From Somniosus microcephalus (taxonomy: Eukaryota), in NCBI GenBank assembly GCA_052327205.1, contig CM126207.1, forward strand, positions 79,670,001 through 79,734,000: a stretch of DNA of 64,000 bases, in the 5' to 3' direction. Below, in pieces: positions 1 to 13,304 of the stretch. Under the pieces are notes generated by a model. It was not told the DNA's origin. It was given only the letters and a program-made list of their open reading frames with translations, and did not search any database. The first letter of the stretch is position 1. Each line of letters opens with the position of its first letter. The position numbers and the translations under genes are program-made.

Positions 1-1710
1 AAGACCAGGGACTATTCGACCGGCGAATAATCCCTAGACGTTCCATGGTGGCGAACTCCGCCTTTGCAACCGCCAGCTTGCCAGGATCCAGGCGCCGGGT
101 GCGCGCGTAGACTGGGGGGCCGTTGGTGGTGATATGATGTTCCACACCGTGTTTCGTGGCTGTGGAGGAGAACGTGGGTCTTGTCAGGTCGGGAAATTCC
201 GCGAGCAGACAGGCGAACTCGTCAGGAGTTGGGAAAGCACAGGCCACGGTGTGAGACGTAGTGTTACTGCGGTAACAAGGAATGGAATGGAAGGTTGCCT
301 CGTTGATCAACCGCCGGTTTTTCACGTCGACCAGGAGGCTGTTGGCGCACAGGAAATCCGCACCGAGAATGGGTTGAGAAACCTTGGCCGTAACAATCTC
401 CCAGTGAAACCGTTGCCCCCCTGAAACAAACCTCCACCCGCCGTCTGCCGAAAGTCCGAATCGCGCCGCCATTAGCCGCTTCAAGGGCGAGGCCGTGCCT
501 TCCCGCCTGAACATCGAGGGGGGACGCTGGCAATATGCTGCACTGCGTTCCGGTGTCGCACAGAAAACGACGGCCGGAGAGCGAGTTGGTAATGAAAAGC
601 AACTTGCCTGCGTTGCCGATCACCATGGCGGACGCAGGACGCCCGTTAGACCCGTTCTTCATTATTCGCAGCTGTTTTTTTTGTTGGGGAAAGCTGCAGG
701 GAGGGCAGCACCGTCGCGCCTTCGCGCCAAACTGTGCGTGATAGAAACACAGCCTTGTTGACTGACGAGCTGTGGCGGCGTCTGTGAGGGAGGGGAGCGT
801 CGTGGCGGCTTCCGTGGGGGATGGGCGCCTCGTGGCGGTGCAGTACTGCTGCGTAACCGCAAATATTTTGTCCGCCTCTGCCGCGAGTGCCGCACAGTCT
901 TCCACCTCAGATCTGGCCAGGGCAGCTTGCACCTGTTCAGGTAGCTGGCTGAGGAATAATTCCCTGAAAAGGAAGCATTCCGGTTCGGAGCCCAGGAGTG
1001 TGAGCATTTGGCTCATCAATTCCGAAGGCTTGGAGTCCCCCAGGCCGGGCATGGCGAGCAATCGACATGCGCGCTCTGATTTAGTGAGCCTGAAGACCAG
1101 CAGCAACCGCGCTTTGATGGTGTCATACTTGCGCTCCGTTGGAGGGTTCTCGAGGAGGCTGATGATCCGCGAGGCGGTGGAGCTTTCGAGTGCCGAGACC
1201 ACGTAGAGGTATCTAGTTTGATCTGCCAATATGCCTCTCAGGGCGAATTGTGCTTCGACCTGGATGAGCCACGAGGATGCCTGCTGCTCCCAGAACTGTG
1301 GCAGCTTCAAAGAAACGGCGTTGGCCTCCATGTCGTGTTCATTTTGCGAAAACGTTTGCAAAAGACGGGGTCACCAATGTAGGAATTATCTCTAATTCCT
1401 ATCTAAGAACCGAGTTCAACTCAGGCGTTCAAACAAATGAGTTTTAATGCAGAACTAACGAGTTTAAACAGTTTGTACAGGAGAACCACGAAAACAGGTC
1501 TTTGCTGGTCGGAGGCTCCACGAGGACTGCCAGGGCGGTCCCGTGGATGGCGTCATGATGTCATCACGTTTCTCCTGCGCTTGGGTGGTCACGTGATTAG
1601 TGGCATGACGTCATCGCGTTTAACCGCGCTTTGCCGCAGTCTTAAAGGGACCGCGCCCCGTGCATGCAAACAGTATGTACAAACACAGAAATCACTAACA
1701 GACTGGTACA
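1..1710 (-). mobile_element. Ty3/Gypsy LTR retrotransposon, CsRn1-like; 5' part only (5' LTR, PBS, gag, protease, start of RT), continues off the left edge
   Basis: On the minus strand the LTR ends ...ACA at 1378, followed by a 1-nt spacer and PBS TGGTGACCCCG (1376-1366, complementary to the tRNA-Trp 3' end). Gag begins SLKLPQFWEQQASSWLIQVEAQF and has a CHCC motif (CFYHAQFGAKARRCCPPC); protease FLCDTG follows. After a frameshift, the RT N-terminus (HGVEHHITTNGPPVYARTRRL...ERLGIIRRSNSPW) occupies ~1-160. The outer LTR boundary (~1700-1710) is approximate. Confidence 0.9.
264..1361 (-). pseudogene. Gypsy gag-protease ORF, frameshifted before RT
   Basis: 365-aa ORF with Gag N-terminus, CHCC knuckle and aspartic protease DTG motif. 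Similarity is lost after ...RVEVCFRG and RT resumes in another frame. Confidence 0.85.
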
Positions 1711-2875
1711 GGCTTAGGTTGGAGTAAAAGCTCGTTAAAGGGAATTATGTACAGTTGCTCAAAGTCCCTCAGTGGCTCTGCCACACCTTCATAAATTGGC
1801 CCTCCTCATCCAGTCCATGCAGCACTGTGAGAGCAGCCAAAGGGATTTATATCTTCCCAACTTGTTATCTGTAACTTGGTCCTGCAGCTGTAATTACCCA
1901 GACTCCAGAAAAATATATCTCAGACAAATGTAAGCTTTGATCAAAAAGGCAACATTGTGCCAGGAAAAGAATTATGCAGGCTGTTACATGCACAAGCAGA
2001 GAAATGCTCACTGCCAAAAAAAGGACTTCAAAAAACTCATTGTAACAATAGCAAGCTAGCGTTAAGAGACATTGCAAAGCAGGACAGGCCTGTTTCCCTG
2101 TCATGTGCTCATTTTATGTGGGTGAGGTGTGCATTGGTATTTTGTCTGAAGTTGTGAAATTCAGCTTTGCACCTCATCTCTCTAAATATACCAATTAAAG
2201 GAGGCTGGTGCATGCCTGTAACACAGCATCTTTGCTTACCTCGAAAACATCCACTGGGCAGCTAATTGCGCCATGAATCGGGCATTTAAATCAAGAGCTC
2301 GATATTTTTCAACTTGCGCCCATTACCAACAAGGTACCATGCCACTGGCGTAGCCTTGGAAAACTGGTATTCTAATTCTATAGAGTCTTGAAACTGATCC
2401 AATTTTGTGTGCAGGTGCACTTGAATTATTGTAAATTAATTAATTATTCAGATTTATTTTTTAAAATGAGTAATATATTGGAAGAACGTTGACACTGACC
2501 CAACAATCTCTGTTTTTTAAAGTTCTCATTTTATATCCAGGTTCTTGATGTTTCTGAATATTTTGCTTTTAATTTTTGCTGTTTGTCAATAGATTCTGAA
2601 ACTTATTTACGGAAGACCTTTCGAAATAAGTCTGGCCGCTCTTGCTGTTGTCAAATTTGATGTTTTGTTACTTTTCCACAAAAGATTAACACCTGGAATT
2701 TCCACGGGGGTTCTTCTGGTCTCTTCCCCTAACTTTGGCGGTAATCCGGGGCTCTCCGGGGTTGCTGCTGAAGCTACAGCGGGAGTTCGGGAGCCACAGA
2801 AATTCTACCACCGAAATCTATTGCTTCAATTCTGCTTAATTAGCTCTGATGCACAAGAGACAAGGCAGAATATTG

Positions 2876-4262
2876 GCCCAAAATTCGCGGTGTGTCCCGT
2901 GAGCTGGATTTGTTTCCTCACCCTTTAGCTCGAAGATTTTTTGCACCGCAAATTGCTGGAAGTGCGAGCTGGTAACGGTGTGGTGAGGACAACAGTCTAT
3001 CTCCTTAACCAATAAAATTTTAGGGTATAGATACATAGCAAATGACGGAGAAGGAAATAGGGTGAATTAAAGTCAAATTAGATACAGAAGGGGAAATAAA
3101 GAGAGGGAACGAAAGATTGAATTAACAGAGAGAAAAAGAGATAGAAAGGAAAATTAAGAAAAAAATGTTAAATGTTCATTGTTAAAAAGCTCTAAGAACA
3201 ATTTACTACCTGTATGAATAAGACTCCACAGTTTCAATTGTTCCCTTTTTGGGCCTCCAAGGTTGAATGGCATTACAGGCAATTTTCCCTGTAATTTAAA
3301 ATCCATACATACGAACATAGATGCATACGAACATACAAATTAGGAGCAGGAGTAGGCCACTCGGCCCTTCGAGCCTGCTCCGCCATTCAATAAGATCATG
3401 GCTGATCCGATTACTCCACATTCCCGCCTACCCCCGATAACTTTTCACCCCCTTGCTTACCAAGAATCTATCTACCTCTGCCTTAAAAATATTCAAAGAC
3501 TCTGCTTCCACCGCCCTCTGAGGAAGAGAGTTCCAAAGACTCACGACCCTCTGTGAGAAAAAACGTCTCCTCATTTCTGTCTTAAATGGGTGACCCCTTA
3601 TTTTTAAACAGTAACCCCTAGTTCTAGATTCTCCCACAAAAGGAAACATCCTCTCCACATCCACCCTGTCCAGACCCCTCAGGATCTAATATGTTTCAAT
3701 CAAGTCACCTCTTACTCTTCTAAAGTCCAGCGGATACAAGCCTAGCCTGTCCAACCTTTCCTCATAAGACAACCTGCCCAATCCAGGTATTAGTCTAATA
3801 AACCTTCTCTGAACTGCTTCCAACGCATTTACATCCTTCCTTAAATAAGGAGACCAATACTGTACATAGTACTCCAATGCCCTGTATAACTGAAGCATAA
3901 CCTCTCTACTTTTGTATTCAGTTCCCCTCGCAATAAAAGCCGGCTGCGCGGGACCCCAGGAGCGCCACGCAGCCATGCAGCTTAAGGGGAACATCGATTG
4001 CAGGAACATAAATCTTGTCATTAAAAGAGACCTTACGTCCTTAAATACCAGTCCTAACTTTCTGCGGTGAGTTTAATTCGTATTTACAACGCAAATCCAG
4101 CAATTTCTCAAAAGTCACGAAGGAGGTTGAGGACGTGCTCCCATTTGTGTGAGGCTAACAGCCAGCACCTTGTGGTGATTCGCAACTCATGGCATATTCC
4201 CTTCTCGCCACAAATTGCTGGGTTTTTTTACTCACCATTATTTTCCCAACAAATTCTAGGCT
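2876..4262. mobile_element. Non-autonomous TIR element (Harbinger-like MITE) interrupted by a CR1 fragment
   Basis: Degenerate termini GGCCCAAAATT.../...AAATTCTAGGC flanked by ATT. Internal sequence resembles other GC-rich MITEs in the window (e.g. gcagcttaaggggaacat, also seen at ~11395). Confidence 0.5.
3315..3937 (-). mobile_element. CR1 LINE 3' fragment (RT C-terminus plus 3' UTR)
   Basis: ORFs 3686-4021 and 3428-3664 encode the CR1 ORF2 C-terminus (LQLYRAL.EY.VQYWSPYLRKD...LEAVQRRF; FFSQRVVSLWNSLP). The typical CR1 3' tail lies at ~3315-3400. Confidence 0.9.
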
Positions 4263-4683
4263 ATTATGATATAGGGTGCAATTAAAGCAATATGCAGTAG
4301 GGGGCAACATGTCATTAATCTGTGCAACAAGAACACACTCGCATTGGCAGTTGTCGGCCGAAGAAGGATTTTGTTGTTTGGTATTTTTATCTTGACAGTG
4401 TGGAACTTCATCCTCGGATCCAACCTATAAGTGTTTGGCAGCAAAAGTTGTAAAATAACATATTATGATAAGGAACACTAAACTCACACTAGGAAAGAAA
4501 AAACTTTGCATTTATATGGCAACTTTTAAGTCACAGGACTTCTAAAAGCACTTTACAGGGCAATTAATTACTTTTGAAGTGCAGTCAAGATTGTTATGTG
4601 GGCAAACATTGACATTCCTCAACAAGGGGTTGAAGGGGTAACTTTTTGACCTTATGCTTATGGCCGGAGCCTCGCCTGCTGGG

Positions 4684-4770
4684 AGCATATATTGGGAAAT
4701 CGGGGCATATATTGGGAAATTTGGGCATATATTGGGAAATCTGGGCATATATTGGGAAATCTGGGCATAT
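4684..4770. repeat. 20-bp tandem repeat (~4.5 copies) GCATATATTGGGAAATCTGG
   Basis: Directly visible tandem units. Confidence 0.9.
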
Positions 4771-6840
4771 GCTATGCATGAGTTACTGACTTTAAAAAGC
4801 ACACGCCCAATATGTGCTTCCAGTAGCTGGAGCTCTCCTGTGTGAAGTTGGAAAATTAGCCTTTAAACCTTTTGAGTAATGTAATACGAAATGCTAGAAA
4901 TACACATCAGGCCAGTCAGCCTCTGTGTGGTGAAAAAGTTAATCTTTTAGGCTTAACCCTTCATCGGAGCTTTGATGGTACCCAAAATTTTAACCAGTCT
5001 TTTCACTTTACAGATGCTGAGTGACCAGCATTCTCTGTTTTTGTTTCAGATTTCCAGTCTTTGTAGTTTTCTTTTTATTTGTTGAGCAATGTCGTTTTTT
5101 CCCCTTCTTTTTGTGTTCTTGCTGAGCTTTCTTGGTTATCCTGGTGTTTACGATTGAAGTTTTGAATTCATTATCAGCACTGATATAAAGAATGAGTTAC
5201 ATTATAGTATAATTTGCTTTATTAAAACTGTAACATGCAGGAAAAGTGCTGTCATCTAACAGCACTGTCTATGACTAGAGCCCCAACTTTGGACCTCAGT
5301 GTATATTGGAAGGGTGATGGGCAGAGCATTCACAAAGCCTGCCCGATATTGATGGTCACAAAGCCTGTCTGATGTTGATGGCGAATTCTGCCTAAATTTA
5401 ATTGGCGAGCTACATGCACGATTTGAGCACTGATAGACAGCCCGCAATTTTGAGAGGGCGGGGAATCTTCGGGTCAGCCACAGAGCACAGTTCAACAACA
5501 CCATATTAAAGCTGAGGGCTGGGCCGGTGGAGAGTATTATTGAAGGGGGAGAGGATTGTCAGTGAGGAGCAGGGAGAGCAATTTAGCTCATTCTGAAGCC
5601 CAGAAAGTGCCAAACAGAGCGTTTTTTCTTCTTGCTTCCAGTGTGCCCTTTAAGAGATGCTGGTTCTGGCCATTTTCTGCTCTGTATGATGGGCAGGTCC
5701 CGCACTCCACGGTCACTCTACTGTCCTTACCAATATGGCACTGGGGTTCTAACTACATCATGGGACCTCAACATATGTGGCATAATGAGACTTCCGCCTG
5801 TTTCAGGCGAGACGCTGGACACCTAATATGAAGCCCGCTTAAAATTTGCAGCAGGCAGACCTCGGGTGCCCACGAAAAGCAGGGCAGCATAGGGGCTAAA
5901 ATCAGGGCCTAGGAGTGAAGAGACAGGGGAAAGGAAAATGGCAGAAAGTGATATTGGGAAACAAAGGGAACTCTTAGTGAAACAATATGATTTGTTCAAA
6001 GGACCTGAAGCAACAATCTGGAACCTGTGATGGAGTGGTCAAACATAGAAAACCACCTGTTTTACTATGTTGTGCACTGGATGTACTCTTTTCCAGTTTT
6101 GTAATCAATTGGATTTGATTTATCTGTTAGCCTCTGGCAATAATGCCACAGACCTTTAATCCTCTGAAAACCCATTTGAATACATAGCAGAAATCTATTT
6201 GTAGCATGCTGAAAGTTGATACCCTGCTGTGAATGCCCTTCTGCACTTCCTGCAGCTGCCTGTTTACCTCATAAATCCACAATAGACTTAAAGCAGTTCC
6301 TCAAAAAGCAGATCATCAAAGATAAATTGCCAGCATGAGCCAAACAGATCAAGAAGGTCCCTGGATCGTTGCCCTGCTCAGTGCTGAACCATTTGATCTT
6401 AGTTGGGTGGGGTAGGTGTGCTACAATTGGATTAAGTGTCGTTGGGCTAGAGAAGGGAAAACAAATCAGTCAGACTTCCCTCTCTTGATAATTATGCAGT
6501 GGCCTCTGCTGAAAAGTGTGTGTGTGTGAATGTCAGTGGAGGACAGCAGAGGGGTTGGATTTGATGAATAGTTGAATTGCCTGCTGACATTTACAGCATC
6601 AGTTTCCACATGAAGACTGGCTACTTGGGCCAGATGCTGGAGAGTGACTGATGCCTGCGGAACCATTCCTTAACATGAGTCCACACATTCAGTAAAGGAG
6701 GGGAGAAAATTGGAAAACTAAAACCCTGCAAATCTCTCGATCACTTTAACTGATGAGGAAATGTGTATCTTCAAAAATGAGAACAAGGAAGGCAACACAA
6801 TGAAAAAAAAAGTAACCGACAGCGTCCATCCTGAATCTTA

Positions 6841-7777
6841 GGGGGGACTTTAACCCCCAAAAACGGGCGGGTTGGGGTCGGTTGGGATGTTAAAATGTTA
6901 AAAATCTGAATCCCGCCTCCAAGCCGCCCACTTCCGATTTTAACGGGGGCGGGACGGGGAGCGGGCAACCAACCTGCTCCCAGGAGGCAGGTTGGCAATT
7001 TAAATATTATAATGAGGCTGCGTGCCTCATATTTAACCATCATTTTAAATTTAACCCTGGCTGGCCTCGGGAAACTCGACAGCTAAAGGGAGGCGAGGAC
7101 TGCCGGACTGAGGAGGCAAGTGCCTTTCCGCTTACCTGCTGGATCTAGTTTACCTGCTTCACCAACCCCCCCCCCCCCGCAATCGGATACCCCACCCCGA
7201 CCCTTCCAATCCACCCCCCGACCTTTCCGATCTCTCCCTTCCCCCCCCCCCGACTCTTCTGATCTCCCCCACCAACTCTTCTGATCTCCCCCACGAGGCC
7301 TCTGATCTCCCCCCGACTCTTCTGATCTCTCCTCCCAACCCTTACGATCTTTCCCGACATCCCCCCCCAACCCCCCACCCAACTCTTACAATCTCCCCCA
7401 TGAGGCCTCTGATCTCTTCCCCCGACCCTTCTGATCTCTCCCGACACCGGCCTCCGATCTTCCCTCTGACCTCCAAATCATCTGTGCTCCAGACCCCAAT
7501 CTTTCCTCTGGCTTCCGATCTCCCCCACCACCCCCCTACCCCGAAAGCATTTCCAATCCCTCCCTCCTCTCCGCTCCCCAGCTGTGGCCTGGTGCCGAAG
7601 GCCTACCCATCCGACAGCCAGACAGCCTCTCAACCTGGCTGGCTGCGGCCGGGAAACGGAGATATAAAATGCTAATCAGGTCCTGCCGTTAAATTTGGCA
7701 GGTCCTGCGGGAAACCCGTTCTTCTACGTTTCCCAACCTCAAAGCAGCACCCCCACCTCCGAGTCAATATCCAGCCC
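6841..7777. mobile_element. GC-rich non-autonomous TIR element (same family as 37020-37757, opposite orientation) with internal C-rich tandem repeats
   Basis: Termini GGGGGGACTTTAACCCC.../...AATATCCAGCCC. Its internal AATATTATAATGAGGCTG block is found reverse-complemented at ~37585-37600. Confidence 0.6.
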
Positions 7778-7909
7778 CTAATCACAACTTCCTGGTTCTC
7801 AAGGTTTCCAGCCACAAAGTCATGGGGAAAGCCAGTAGAAATAACGAATGGAATCAGTGACAATCAAGCCTTGTTGTAAAGTTGTGCCTTCTGTGTATGT
7901 TTTATACTC

Positions 7910-8535
7910 AGCACCGTGGCTCAGTTGGTAGCAACCTCACTTCTGCATCAAAAGTTAGTGGGTTCAAGACCCATTCCAGACACCTGAGCACATTATCTAG
8001 CTGGCACTTCGATGCTGCATTGAGGGAGTGCTGCACTGTCAGAGATACCATCTTTCGGATGAGACATTAAACCGAGTCCCCATCTGCCCTCTCAGGTAGA
8101 TGTCAAAGATCTACCTTCCTCCGGGTGCTCCGGTTTCCTCCCACAGTCCAAAGATGTGCTGGTTAGGTTGATTGGCTATGATAAATTGACCCTTAGTGTT
8201 AGGGGGATTGGATGCGTGGGGTTACGGGGATAGGGTGGGATATGTGTTGGTGTAGGGGTTACAGGGATCGGGTGGGATATGTGTCGGTGCAGGCTCGATG
8301 GGCCAAAATGGCCTCTATCTGCACTGTGGGGTTTCTGTGGTTCTGTGAAGATTGCAGGGCGCTATTTGAAGAGCAGAGGAGTGGTCATTTGTGGAATCTT
8401 GCTGTGCACAAATTGGCTGCCGCATTTCCTACATTACAACAGTAACTACACTTCAAAAGTTCTTCATTGGTTGTAAAGCACTTTGGAATGTCTTGAAGTT
8501 GAGAAAGGCGCTATATAAATGCAAGTTCTTTCTTT
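7910..8535 (+). mobile_element. tRNA-derived SINE (Deu-domain/SacSINE1-like) with nested insertion
   Basis: tRNA-like head with A box (TGGCTCAGTTGG) and B box (GGTTCAAGACC), central GAGGGAGTGCTGCACTGTC...TTTCGGATGAGACATTAAACCG block and tail AAGGCGCTATATAAATGCAAG. Homologous to 53575-53977. Confidence 0.8.
8111..8347 (+). mobile_element. 5'-truncated V-SINE (HE1-like) inserted in the SINE above
   Basis: V-domain TCCTCCGGGTGCTCCGGTTTCCTCCCACAGTCCAAAGATGTGC and CR1-type tail GATGGGCCAAAATGGCCT. Flanked by direct repeat AAGAT (8106-8110, 8348-8352). Confidence 0.8.
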
Positions 8536-9116
8536 TCTGATTATAGTACTGTGATACATAAAAGGTTTTAACTAAAAATGCAACCAGGACATAGGGCTGT
8601 GACTTATATGTAGTATATATTTTATAGTAAATATATATAAATGCCCTGCATAATTTTAAATAATAATAGATGGAAGGGAGTCACTGTAGACTTTCACCTA
8701 ATCTCAGAATACAGTCAAGATTCTCTTTCAAGGTTTATTACTTTTTTCTGAACTCCATAATTAAACGAACGCCTTGTAAACACCCATAGACTTGAAATTT
8801 GCCCCAATGTTTTGTAAAGTAGAAACAGGTTTGGAGTATATTTGCTTTGAAGAAAAAGTTGGAAGCAACATGCAATATTTGACCACGGTGATTCAGTGAG
8901 AGGACACATTTTATATTTTTTCCACAGTATGGTATCGAAGTGCTTGGCTTTAGTTTAATAATGGACTCAAATCTCTAACACATTAATCCTGAAGTGAAAT
9001 GCCAGCAAGTAACATTTGATTTGCCGTGCAATTATAAAGATTTTTAGCAATTCACTGAAGCTTTACAAGTGGCTCTATTGTTGCTAATTCATTTTAATGT
9101 ACATTTTATTTCGCAG

Positions 9117-9401
9117 CAGATGGACCAACATGCAAAAAGAATAATATTATCACTGAGAAGCAGTTAATGCAATTTGCTGAAAAACTGGGGAGTAATTGGC
9201 AAGTCTTTGCCATTAGCTGTCTTGATCTGCAGTCCCAAGATATTGAGAAAATTAAGGAGGAAAATGAAATAACTACAGTACAAATATTTAACATGTTGCA
9301 AAAATGGAAAAATAAGGAACTGGACAATGCAACTCCTTCCAATCTTCGTAATAAACTCACAGATGCTAATATTGAATATGAAGCCTGGAATATCCTAAAA
9401 G
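9117..9401 (+). CDS. Internal coding exon encoding a death domain (uncharacterised DD-containing protein; upstream exons not resolved)
   Basis: Acceptor ttttatttcgcag (NAGNAG: 9117 or 9120) and donor AAAG|gtacat define a phase 1-1 exon. Translation ...ITEKQLMQFAEKLGSNWQVFAISCLDLQSQDIEKIKEENEITTVQIFNMLQKWKNKELDNATPSNLRNKL... fits the death-domain pattern (LG..W..LA..L....I..I.......Q...ML..W......AT...L...L). Confidence 0.85.
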
Positions 9402-10859
9402 GTACATAGGAAGGTGTATTTTAGTGAATTCCTTGAAATGTTCTAGAAAAAATACAATTGTACAAACGTAGGGGGACTCTTTCCACTGTTGCTCATGGTA
9501 AAAAAATGGCAGCAGCGGGCAATAGAACTGGCAAAAAAAACTAGGAGCTCTGCTACAATTGCCAGTTTTATCCTTTACTGCACTGGTCCTTATTTGCTGT
9601 CCTGAAAATGGCACATTAAGGTTCATTAAAAAAATCTACTGTTGCTTGTCACGCCCTTATTAATGAGTTTGCGGGCAAGCATGCGGCAATTTTTTGTTTG
9701 AATTTTCCCCTGCAGTCATGTAGCAGTTTCCTCATTCTCTCAGTTGGAGTTAATTCAACAATGAAACAGCTAAACTCGCTGGCAGAGTGTCAATATGATG
9801 TCGCAGCCATTGTTACATCATCGGGCTCAGTGTTGCCATTCGTGGGAGAAGGCTGTCTGCAGGGGAGGGTCTCCCTGTGGGCTAAGTCCCTACTAACTAC
9901 TGTGGAGCTTCTAAACTACGCTGCTCACAGGCACGCTAATCAGCCGAGCAACACGAACTCAGGAGCAGGTTAAACAGCTGAGCACTAGACTGTTGAAAAG
10001 CCAGAGGGAATTGTGTATTTCTACATTTCACTCTCCTTCATGGAAAATCAAAAATCTCAGTGGTTTATATTGATCATTACAAATACAAAGAGAGGCAGAC
10101 CTGACCAAGAAATTGATATACAAGCATTTACAATACAATGTACACAAGTAGATAATGTAGACTATTTTTAAAACTTGAATTGTCGTTGACTCTGTTTCTA
10201 ATTTCAAAACTCAGAAGTTGATTATATAACTAAAAGCAAGTACTTTGGTTCTGATTGAAGGATCTTTAAATCAGTCTTTCAAAATCCAGAAATGGCCAAG
10301 TCAATTAATCAAACTGTACAAATTTGCTGCTCAGCATAATTTTCTAGTTCCCCACTGTACAGAGCTCTATTACTGTCCTTGATCACTACTTGACCAGTTA
10401 AGTGGATGTGACATGAAATCAGCATTATAGCAGGCAAGTTGTGATTAGCCAGGATTCTGCTGATACGACTAACAAATGCCTACAGAGCTAACTCACCAGT
10501 GGAAAACCAAAGTAATCTGAATTTCTATTCACTACCCTAAAAATAAAAAATGAATGGAGAAATTAAAACCCTTTGTTCTAAAAATAGAAAACATCTCCCA
10601 AAGAGACAATAACATTGGGCATTTTTATTGGGGACATGTTGCATGAAGGCAGAATGATAGTGTGTTGGAGATTGCAGGATTCATGACCTATGCACCCAGT
10701 CACTGTATTAGACATACCACACACAAATCTGGAAGAGTGCATTTCTCCAACAATCTACATATACCTCTTTCATATGATTGTCTGGAATGGTGATTGAAGT
10801 CAGTAAAACTGTGTCCAGGAGGACAGAATATGAGTTAACAGTAATGGACGTAACGATCT

Positions 10860-11717
10860 GGGCCTGGAGTTTCTGCTCGTTTGCGTTTTTCTGGCACAAT
10901 TTGCCCGATATCGGCGAAATCAGCGAAAATTTCGAGGAACTTTAAGTGAAAATTGTGTTCAACGCAACTCGCGTTCCCGTGATCTTTTGCACTAGTTTAA
11001 AAAAAAATCATGTTAGAAGCAGGCCTCACCCACAAAACTGGCCAGCACCCCCCCCGCCCCACCCAGGTGAATTAATCACCATTGGGAGTTTCTGCTAATC
11101 GTTCCCGTTTGCAGGCCTTCGAGGAGGCTCTAAAATTTAAGCTGGTTCTTTTGGGAGCAAGAACACTAATGGGCACGTTTTAAAAGCTTTTGATTATAAT
11201 TACTGCTGTACCCCAATATAAGTAGCAAATGGTTCTGTATATTTTTTTAAAAGTCATTTTCAATTGTGTAAAATCAGGTTACTCACAGGCAATAAGGGGC
11301 CGTGCGGCCCATTCAAAATACTGTGCATGCACGGTTTTCCCTGTTTAAAAGCCGGTGAGCTGGCTGCGCGGGAGCTGCCAAGTGCAAAGCGGCCACATAG
11401 CTTAAAGGGAACATTGCTCACAGGTGGTGGACAAGACACTGACTAAAATGCTTATTTTTTGTGATAAACCCATTTTCAGCTGTATTAATCAAACTGCATC
11501 AAGTTACCACTCTTAAATATAATCAAGGAATTTTTTTAATGCAAATTTTTTTTTTACTGTTCTAAAACTCTGGCAACTTGCGCTGGTTCATGGAAGATTT
11601 TATATTCAGCGATATGTAAATGGATTTGAGTGGAAACTTGAGAAAAAAAAACACTTCTCAAAACTAGCGCAATTTGCGCCTGGATCGCTGCTTGCGCCCA
11701 AAGCAGAAACTCTACCC
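10860..11717. mobile_element. Non-autonomous TIR element (MITE) in the last intron of the death-domain gene
   Basis: Inverted termini GGGCCTGGAGTTTCTGCT... / ...AGCAGAAACTCTACCC. Confidence 0.6.
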
Positions 11718-12398
11718 AATGATAAATATGTCACATAAAGTAAATTTTCTTTTTAAAACTTTTATGTATGAATTATGCAAACACATTTATTAAACTTTGG
11801 TTTGTTGAGTTGCAGTAATCTAAAATAATTCTAATGTAAAATAGTCTAAATACAAAATTAATAAGATCACTTTATGTTTACTGACTTCAAAGTAATCAAA
11901 TTAACAAGAGATTTAACAATACACTGCAATTTTCTGTAGTTAAGTTGAATGATTCTTGAACAGAAGTATTGGCCCTGAACTTCCATGGGGATTGTCCCAA
12001 TTTCCTGGCATAACTTCAGCAGGAGACTGGTGAGACCCTCAGATAATGGCTGCTTTCAGCCATTTACTCCATTTCTCCAGGGCTTCTGTTTATCTCCTGC
12101 CAGTTACAGTAGGAATTTGGGTGAACTTGGACAGAAATTCAGAGCCATTGTGTTCTAACTGTCTTTTGAAAACATCGCCGGACAGAACTGTGGCTATAAT
12201 TTTGAGCGACATTATGCCAGAATCTTTGGAAGCTCCATACCACCAGTTTGAGCCACTGATTGGGTTTAAATCTGATGTGGAGCTACTTATGGATGAGTTT
12301 GCCCATGACTTTCCATTGTCAGATCCACAGCCTTCTCTGAATCTTTATTAATTACATTTATCTCCATTTTGTTTTAATCTTTTTTTGTCTTTTCATAG

Positions 12399-12463
12399 GT
12401 TTCTGTACTCAAGTGAAGCAGCATGATGAACTCATGAGTAGACTATGTGGGGAGAAGTCTTGA
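12399..12463 (+). CDS. Terminal coding exon of the death-domain gene
   Basis: Strong polypyrimidine acceptor (ttttttgtcttttcatag). Joins in phase 1 to give ...ILK-G-FCTQVKQHDELMSRLCGEKS-stop (TGA 12461-12463). An AT-rich UTR follows, with AATAAA at ~12638, ~12892 and ~13196. Confidence 0.7.
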
Positions 12464-13304
12464 AGATCCATTATGTAACCTCTGCCACATTCATTCGCAG
12501 TTTGCCTATTTATGGGTTACATTTTTCTATATTGTCAATTTTGTAAAAAAGCGGGAAATTCAAATCAGAATTTAATTTTTGTACATGATTGTTTGAACCG
12601 AGGAGTACCATAGAGATGTTACTTTTACAAAAAAGTAAATAAATTGGTATGTATATATATATTCCTTTAAAAAAGTACACCTTTGTTAATCTCTTACAAG
12701 CAGTGAGCTACGTACTTCATTTGTATATAATGTAAAGTTTTTTTAGACACTAAGACAAAACCCTGATGTAAAATGTGATTACAAAAGGTGGCAGCAAATG
12801 TACAGAGACCTGTTTTGAGTGGCGAGAAGGCTAACTTTGAAATGGATGTTTACAATTTTAATTGCAGTCACCACATTTTTTGAAAAATTAAAATAAAAAC
12901 CAGTTTTATATGAGTCAGTACGGTTTATTTTCTTCTAATCAAATTAGAAGTGATTACTCACCTATTAAAATGATACAATTGAATCCCTGGCATGGCAAGG
13001 GTTAAATGAGAAACAAACATACCCACAAAGAAAGCACCCATGATGAGAGACAAAGCATTAAGAAACCAGAAAGTAGAAACAATATTCATGTATCTGAGAG
13101 TTGGATCATTACAACATTGATAAATTATAATATCTGATCATTTGCACAATGCATTTAATTTTGACTTTTTAGTAAATACCATATAACTGTTTCAAAATAA
13201 AAATATCTGCTTTTACACTGTGTGTTTATACCAACATAAAGAACGTGAGGAGCTTTAAGATTATGTTTAGAAGGAGACATTAGATAAGGGTGGCATTGCT
13301 TAAA

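Noticed and set aside
1894-2121. Open frame ending at TGG|GTGAGG, a possible upstream exon of the death-domain gene
   Set aside because: No recognisable domain, weak acceptor, and a phase-0 donor that cannot join the phase-1 DD exon directly; insufficient support.
7910-7985. tRNA gene
   Set aside because: The A/B boxes belong to a degenerate SINE head continuous with the SINE body.
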